Positions 26,395-31,594 of a DNA stretch of 31,594 nt are shown one piece after another. Positions within the stretch are counted from its first letter, which is position 1. Every line of letters starts with the position of its first letter. Made by a program: the position numbers and the translations under genes. The notes under the pieces were generated by a model that was not told where the DNA came from, did no database searches, and worked only from the letters and a program-made list of their open reading frames with translations. Source of the DNA: Sulfurimonadaceae bacterium. Lineage in GTDB: Bacteria; Campylobacterota; Campylobacteria; Campylobacterales; Sulfurimonadaceae. The stretch is taken from contig JBFEYF010000001.1 in the NCBI GenBank assembly GCA_041562295.1, positions 1 to 31,594 on the forward strand. The letters run 5' to 3'.

Positions 26395-26754
26395 CTACTC
26401 TACTATCGTGTAGGGTACAGACCCGTCAGTATGTATCGATTGAAGCTTTTTATTCTCTTTTAAGAGTATGACATAGGCGATGCTTTGAGATAAAAGTAAA
26501 ATTGCACCTATGGCTGCTGTACAGGGTGCATCGGCTATACCTTTTTGAGCACTGCCGCTAATACAAAGCATGAGGATCATAAATAGGATATTGACACTAT
26601 TCGTAGCTAATGCAGTAACGCCCAAGACGAAACCTTCACCTACTGAACAAGCAGCTAGTACAGCTGCCATCAACATGAGATATACCCATACTATTTCAGA
26701 AATAAAGATAGATATGATTGCTATAACTATAGCCGCTATTCCAAATCTTTTCAT
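26395..26754 (-). CDS. Hypothetical small membrane protein (about 4 TM)
   Basis: AGGAAG RBS before the ATG at 26754; almost entirely hydrophobic 119 aa; convergent with hypA; AT-rich. Confidence 0.55.
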   Translation of the reverse strand: MKRFGIAAIVIAIISIFISEIVWVYLMLMAAVLAACSVGEGFVLGVTALATNSVNILFMILMLCISGSAQKGIADAPCTAAIGAILLLSQSIAYVILLKENKKLQSIHTDGSVPYTIVE

Positions 26755-27075
26755 TTGTCTTCCTGTTAGATGCAAATATTATACAACAATTATAGTTATT
26801 CAATATCATATTATTATAATTTTTTATAATATCCTCCAAAAAACAGCAGATCTCTATAATTAAAAAAACAATGTATTCGAGTATATTTAGCCATAGGAAC
26901 GTTAAAAATCATCTATTACGATGATAAGAAGGGAGCGTTTAAAAGAGAAGCCTCATATTCTAAAAGTAAAGGAGAATAGATGGTTCCTTTTTAAAAAGTG
27001 ATTAAGGTTTTTAAACTCTATCAAACCCTCAGCTATTTTAGTCAAAAAATGGCAAGGTACTTTTTCAACAGCCGT

Positions 27076-28419
27076 TTACAGGAAATACTTCCAGTAAACC
27101 ATGGCCATAATCGAGATAAAGGTGATACCGAAGATATTAAAAAGTATCCCGTACTTGGCCATCGTCTTGACATTGACCGCACCGCTGCTCATAGCGATCG
27201 CATTAGGCGGTGTCGCTATCGGAAGCATAAAGGCGTAACTGGCACACACGGTTGCCACCATCATAAACAGGCGCGTGTCCAGACCCGCCTGCTGGCTGAC
27301 GGCGTAGATAACCGGAAGCATCATAGAAATCAGTGCCGTATTGCTTGTAATCTCTGTCGTAAAAGTGACAAGTGTGGCGATCAGTACCAGCAGCACGACC
27401 GGCGGCAGATCCGTAAGCGTCTGCAGGTAGCTTGCCAAGACATCGGCCAGACCTGTCGAGGTAAAGGCCATCGCGATCGAAAAACCGGCACCGAACAAGA
27501 AGATGATCTCATAAGGGATCTTTTTACTGTCTTCCCATTTGAGGATGTTAAACGGCGGCATAAACATCAACATACCGAACGCTAGCAGTATCCCCTTCTC
27601 GTTCAGACCCAATCCGTCATAATAGGGTTTGATCGGGGAGTTGGCAAAAAGCAGTACGACCAGGCCGACCAGTGCCCAGGTGACCTTCTTTTGATCCACG
27701 GTCAGTTTACCGGTAAATTTACCGGTCTCGATTTTGTCTTCATCCGTTCCGATAGAGAGTACCCACCCTACAGCGATAAACATGATCATCGCCAGCGGGA
27801 GTACCAGTACCACCCACTGCATAAAAGGGATCGCAGCGATATGAAGATCATCCAGGATCCCGTACAAAATCAGGTTGGGCGGTGTACCGATAGGCGTGAT
27901 GATACCCCCGATACTGGCACCGTAGGCAATAGCCAGGGCAAAACGCATCTTGATACGAAAATCCTCAGACAAAAAGAGCGCCAAAGGCATCAACAGAAGC
28001 GTTGTCGTCGTGTTGGAAAGAAATGAGCTCAAAACCCCTGACGTAATGGAGAGGGCGAAGATCATCCCCCTGACCGTACTGGGAAAGATATGCAGCATGC
28101 GGTCCGATATCACCTTATGAAGCGATGTCTTCTCAACCGCAATGGCAAGCATAAACCCTCCCAAAAAGAGGAAGATGATCGACTTGGCATAGTTGGGTGT
28201 TACGGCATTGGTCGAGACGATATCAAACATCGGGAACAGTACGATGGGAAGCAGTGAAACCCACCCCAAAGGGAGTGCCTCATTACTCCACAATACAACC
28301 ATCATACCGATCAGTCCCAAAAGAACCGCCTGCTTGGTTACAAGTACCGTAGAAACGAGACCGAATATAGCCAAACCTATAACAAGAGAGAGTAAGATAC
28401 CGCGAACCTGTGCCGTCAT
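27076..28419 (-). CDS. DASS/SLC13 family sodium:dicarboxylate (or sulfate) symporter
   Basis: FLGGFMLA, SSFLSNTTT, GTPPN, TEITSNTA and ASYAFMLPIATPPNAI motifs. Confidence 0.92.
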   Translation of the reverse strand: MTAQVRGILLSLVIGLAIFGLVSTVLVTKQAVLLGLIGMMVVLWSNEALPLGWVSLLPIVLFPMFDIVSTNAVTPNYAKSIIFLFLGGFMLAIAVEKTSLHKVISDRMLHIFPSTVRGMIFALSITSGVLSSFLSNTTTTLLLMPLALFLSEDFRIKMRFALAIAYGASIGGIITPIGTPPNLILYGILDDLHIAAIPFMQWVVLVLPLAMIMFIAVGWVLSIGTDEDKIETGKFTGKLTVDQKKVTWALVGLVVLLFANSPIKPYYDGLGLNEKGILLAFGMLMFMPPFNILKWEDSKKIPYEIIFLFGAGFSIAMAFTSTGLADVLASYLQTLTDLPPVVLLVLIATLVTFTTEITSNTALISMMLPVIYAVSQQAGLDTRLFMMVATVCASYAFMLPIATPPNAIAMSSGAVNVKTMAKYGILFNIFGITFISIMAMVYWKYFL

Positions 28420-28545
28420 GATCTGCCTTTTATTTTATAGTAGATTCATTCTAACAAAAAAGTCCCCCCTGTAAGCTTACGCTTTACCCCCTTTTTACCT
28501 AGGCTGAGCTATACTTTTAAAAACAGAAGCTTTCAAAGGAACCTT

Positions 28546-29229
28546 ATGCAGTTATGCGTCGCTTTAGACCTGCCTACGATGCAGGAAAATCTTGCTTTAG
28601 TAGAAAAACTGAAAAACTACAACATCTGGCTGAAAGTGGGGTTCCGCTCTTTTATCCGAGACGGCAAAGAGTTCATCGAAGCGATCAAGAAGATCAACCC
28701 CGATTTTAAGATCTTTTTGGATCTCAAACTTTATGACATTCCCAACACGATGGCGGATGCCGCAGAGTCGATTATGCAACTGGGTATCGATATGTTCAAT
28801 GTACACGCCAGTGCCGGGAAAGAAGCGATGCGTACGGTCATGGAACGTCTCAAACCGTATGAAAAACGTCCCATCGTTATCGCGGTAACCGCCCTGACCT
28901 CCTTTGACAATGACGGTTTTCGCTCCGTCTACGGAGAGGATATCGCCTCAAAGGCGGACCAGTTTGCTGTCGATACCGCCGAGAGCGGCATGGACGGTGT
29001 CGTCTGTTCTGCTTTTGAGTCCAAATCGATCAAGTCTAAGACCGACAGCAACTTTATCACCCTCTGCCCGGGTATCCGCCCCTTCGGAGAAGACGCCGGT
29101 GACCAAAAACGTGTCGCCACTTTGGAAGTAGCCCACCAGGAGCTTGTAGATTTTATCGTCGTAGGACGCCCTGTCTATAAAGCCGAAGACCCCGCCGCCG
29201 TCGTAGAAAAGATTCTCCAAAACCTTTAA
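28546..29229 (+). CDS. pyrF: Orotidine-5'-phosphate decarboxylase
   Basis: CVALD, WLKVG, FLDLKLYDIPNT (DxKxxDIPNT), CPGIRP, DQKR, VVGRP. Confidence 0.97.
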   Translation: MQLCVALDLPTMQENLALVEKLKNYNIWLKVGFRSFIRDGKEFIEAIKKINPDFKIFLDLKLYDIPNTMADAAESIMQLGIDMFNVHASAGKEAMRTVMERLKPYEKRPIVIAVTALTSFDNDGFRSVYGEDIASKADQFAVDTAESGMDGVVCSAFESKSIKSKTDSNFITLCPGIRPFGEDAGDQKRVATLEVAHQELVDFIVVGRPVYKAEDPAAVVEKILQNL

Positions 29230-29259
29230 TCATTAAAATTTACCTCTATACAATTCTGA

Positions 29260-29396
29260 AGCGGCGCCAGCGCCGTGGGCACTCTGCCGAAGAGGACTCA
29301 GCGTCAGCCTAAGCCTATAGAATTCACTTCCAGGGCTGTACTATTCAAATGGAACATTTATTGCTTTTTGTTATGCGTCCAAAAAAAGGAGTAAAT
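29260..29396 (+). promoter_or_regulatory. GC-rich structured 5' leader (candidate cis-regulatory RNA)
   Basis: Follows TACAAT at 29249-29254. Hairpins cggcg-ccag-cgccg and ctct-gccga-agag; cagcct/gggctg pairing. No known family matched by eye. Confidence 0.35.
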
Positions 29397-29543
29397 ATGA
29401 AAGTTCTCGACAGAGTAGAAATCATGGTTCGCCTTAAAGAGAAGATCTACGAGGCCCGTAAAGCTGCAGATATGCAACTCGTAACCCGCCTAGAGAGCTT
29501 GCTAGACGATATCATGCAGAACCCCGCTGCTAAAGCTATCTAA
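29397..29543 (+). CDS. 48-aa small helical protein of unknown function
   Basis: AAAGGAG RBS, MKVLDRVEIMVRLKEKIYEARKAADMQLVTRLESLLDDIMQNPAAKAI, followed by its own terminator. Confidence 0.65.
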   Translation: MKVLDRVEIMVRLKEKIYEARKAADMQLVTRLESLLDDIMQNPAAKAI

Positions 29544-29547
29544 CTCC

Positions 29548-29575
29548 ATTTGCCACATTGTGGCAAATCCTTTTT
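29548..29575 (+). terminator. Intrinsic terminator
   Basis: atttgccac-att-gtggcaaat perfect stem followed by cc and a T run, 4 nt after the stop codon. Confidence 0.7.
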
Positions 29576-29628
29576 CATTTTAAGTATTTTATTATAAAAA
29601 CATCCCTATAATACGGGTCTTAAAAGAC

Positions 29629-29719
29629 GGACAGTTGGGTGAGTTGGCTGAAACCACATCCCTGCTAAGGATGCGTACTCGCAAGGGTACCGAGGGTTCG
29701 AATCCCTCACTGTCCGCCA
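29629..29719 (+). tRNA. tRNA-Ser (GCT)
   Basis: Acceptor GGACAGT/ACTGTCC, discriminator G, CCA end. Anticodon arm catcc-ctGCTaa-ggatg, long variable arm, GGTTCGAATCC T-loop. TATAAT at 29607-29612. Confidence 0.97.
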
Positions 29720-29727
29720 TAAACCCT

Positions 29728-29864
29728 TCCAAACAAGTCCGAACTAGTCTAAGCAAGCCCCCAAAAACCCCGTAAAAACGGCCTTTAAAAGCAATACTTT
29801 GTCCAAACGCGTCCATACCAGTCTGAGCAGGTCTTAAAGTAAATTGCGGTAAAAATTGCGGTAA
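29728..29864. repeat. att-arm-like repeats downstream of the tRNA
   Basis: Imperfect 30-bp direct repeat (29728-29757 vs 29802-29831, 23/30 identical). Perfect tandem AAATTGCGGTAA x2 (29841-29864). Confidence 0.65.
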
Positions 29865-29912
29865 AAAAACCTCTACGGTATATGGCTATATTTTGGCACA
29901 ATGTATTGCATT

Positions 29913-30839
29913 TTATTTACATGCAGAGGTAAGTATTTCGTATATGTGTAATGCTCTACCACTTATAGCGTTCCCTTGTAATTGACACATAACTTGCTTG
30001 GCTTCATCTGAGTCTAGATGTTTTTTACAAAAATCTTCAAAGTAGTCATAGCAATTCTCTATAATCGTTTCTGCTTGTTTGTATTTTGTGTTTAAAAGGC
30101 GAAATCTAGATTGGGTTCTTGTGTTTAAAAAACTATATAAATTTGGCTCATTGTTTATCAGTGTAAAATAGTTTTTACTTGCTTCTTCAAAACTCAGAAG
30201 TGTAAACAGGAAGTTCGATACAACTTCATATGAGAATCCAGAAATGACAATATCATCAAAAGTACTTTGATCATCGGGGTCAACTGCTTGATACTCTTTA
30301 ATTTCCCCTATTGCATTATAAAGCTCAGAACTAAAGTTGTCATATAATTTGATTTTTTCCGAGACTCTCAGCAGATAGATTTCCCTTTTTGACCTTTGTT
30401 TTAGTATTTTTCCAGCTTTTCCTAAATCAATGTTGATTTTATAATCAAGTTCGTTCGCTTTTGTTTTTGCAACTTTATATTTAGATTTTGCATCAGCTAT
30501 CAATGAACTTATTCTAGATTGCTCATTTATATGAGTCCATCGCATTGAATTTTTTTTATTTATAACAACCAAAATAACAGGGAATGCGATGCTTTGCCAA
30601 TATAATAAATTCTTTAATGCAATTGAGGTAGTAAAATTATCATTAGTACCATTTGTTTTTATTTGTACAAAAACAAATTCACCCGTGCTTCTATCATCAT
30701 TATCAATAAACTCGATTTTGGCATCAATGCCTAAGTCTTTATCTAATAATCTACATGGTGAATTAAAATGTCGAACAATCCAGTATGTAAAATAATGTTC
30801 ACCCCAGTCACCTGATCTTTTTCGTGATAAGTATTTCAT
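29913..30839 (-). CDS. DUF4365-like (PD-(D/E)xK) putative endonuclease domain protein
   Basis: N-terminal GDWGE...DKDLGIDAKIEF...FVFVQIKT matches the DUF4365-type D..(Q)xK nuclease pattern; helical C-terminal region. Confidence 0.65.
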   Translation of the reverse strand: MKYLSRKRSGDWGEHYFTYWIVRHFNSPCRLLDKDLGIDAKIEFIDNDDRSTGEFVFVQIKTNGTNDNFTTSIALKNLLYWQSIAFPVILVVINKKNSMRWTHINEQSRISSLIADAKSKYKVAKTKANELDYKINIDLGKAGKILKQRSKREIYLLRVSEKIKLYDNFSSELYNAIGEIKEYQAVDPDDQSTFDDIVISGFSYEVVSNFLFTLLSFEEASKNYFTLINNEPNLYSFLNTRTQSRFRLLNTKYKQAETIIENCYDYFEDFCKKHLDSDEAKQVMCQLQGNAISGRALHIYEILTSACK

Positions 30840-30964
30840 TAAATGTAAGTTTATTCCTAGTTTTTATAATTATAATGGAATTAGTTTAAATATGTTATAG
30901 AAATTTTGGATATACTCATTTGCGATATAGGGTAATGTTTGCCTTTTAAGGAGTTGTTTTAGTA

Positions 30965-31594
30965 ATGATTTATGTTGGAGACACAAGTAATGATCCACAA
31001 GGAACAACTGCGATACCTGAACAATCATTGTTCATTTGGCTAGATATTCTTGGGTTTGCTGACGCTGTAAATTCTGAGACAAAATACAAAGAGTTATCAG
31101 AACTATTGAAAAAATTTCAAGATTTGTTTTTTGAAAGTGATAATTATAATCCTACTATAATTTCGGATGGTATGGTACTTTCTATCAAAAATATTAGGAA
31201 TGCAAACTCACTTAAACAAATATTTAAAGAAATAGCAGAAAAACAATTCTTATTCATTATGGAAAATAAATATTTTATTAGGGGTGGTATTGCTGTAGGT
31301 ACTAGATACGAAAGTGATGATGAAAATAAGCATTTTATTAGCAATGGGTTGGCAAGAGCCTATAAATTAGAGTCTACTGGAGTTGATTGGCCTATCATTG
31401 CTACAGATGAGAAAAACATAAATCTTATTAGAAAGCTCATAGGGCCCACGTCTGACAGTGAATTGTTGGGTTTATATGAAGGTCTAAATAAGAATGGGGA
31501 AAAGCTATACTTAATCGATTTTATTCAAAAAAACGATGACTATTTAGATTTATTACAGAAAAAAATTTTTGAGTATAAAGAGAGTCCTTCTGTA
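30965..31594 (+). CDS. Class III nucleotide cyclase-like protein, 3' end off-window (not in ORF track)
   Basis: AAGGAG RBS at 30948-30953; 210 open codons. Motifs FIWLDILGF, IISDG, IRGGIAVG and SNGLARAYKLES..DWPII. Confidence 0.6.
   Translation, partial: MIYVGDTSNDPQGTTAIPEQSLFIWLDILGFADAVNSETKYKELSELLKKFQDLFFESDNYNPTIISDGMVLSIKNIRNANSLKQIFKEIAEKQFLFIMENKYFIRGGIAVGTRYESDDENKHFISNGLARAYKLESTGVDWPIIATDEKNINLIRKLIGPTSDSELLGLYEGLNKNGEKLYLIDFIQKNDDYLDLLQKKIFEYKESPSV

Larger units (their letters stand above)
29720..31594. mobile_element. Left end of a probable genomic island integrated at tRNA-Ser(GCT)
   Basis: Starts right after the tRNA 3' end and carries arm-like repeats. GC drops abruptly (a sampled 60-nt line at 30421 is about 27% GC vs about 57% at 13321). 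Cargo is non-housekeeping. No integrase or second att copy is visible. Confidence 0.6.

Noticed and set aside
26998-27585. 195-aa plus-strand ORF
   Set aside because: Antisense to the DASS transporter; no RBS or motif support.
29260-29340. Assignment of the leader to c-di-GMP-I/II, glycine or Moco riboswitch, 6S or SRP RNA
   Set aside because: Only short fragments match; the diagnostic cores (for example GGCAAAC..GAAA..GACGCAAAGC, AGUAGUGCAACC) are missing.
29728-29864. CRISPR array
   Set aside because: Only two imperfect repeat copies and no cas genes; context fits att arms better.
31144-31344. 66-aa minus-strand ORF (also 30589-30795 plus and 29592-29816 minus)
   Set aside because: Antisense to the cyclase-like gene, the DUF4365-like gene and the tRNA respectively.

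Overview
Chromosomal window from a Campylobacterota-type bacterium (inferred from protein style, TGnTATAAT-type promoters and the hypBCDEA order). Most of it is a hydrogen and redox island. It holds a complete six-subunit Ech (group 4e) [NiFe]-hydrogenase operon, two GGDEF diguanylate cyclases, a USP plus a Na+/K+-ATPase-like P-type pump, and a secreted 7-heme cytochrome c. Divergent from the cytochrome is an unusual [NiFe]-hydrogenase operon with a Ni transporter and hypBCDEA. The most striking feature is the 822-aa small subunit (18097-20565). It is an in-frame fusion of a NirB-like FAD/NAD(P)H oxidoreductase and a BFD-type [2Fe-2S] domain to a group 1-type small subunit. That subunit keeps a vestigial Tat leader without the twin arginines, has Asn in place of a proximal-cluster Cys, and has no membrane anchor or cytochrome b partner. 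This suggests a cytoplasmic, pyridine-nucleotide-linked hydrogenase built from a respiratory uptake enzyme. The window ends with a DASS transporter, pyrF, a 48-aa ORF behind a GC-rich structured leader, and tRNA-Ser(GCT). After the tRNA an AT-rich island begins, with att-arm-like repeats, a DUF4365-like nuclease and a truncated class III nucleotide cyclase-like gene that the ORF track misses. All family calls are by-eye motif recognition; no database searches were run.
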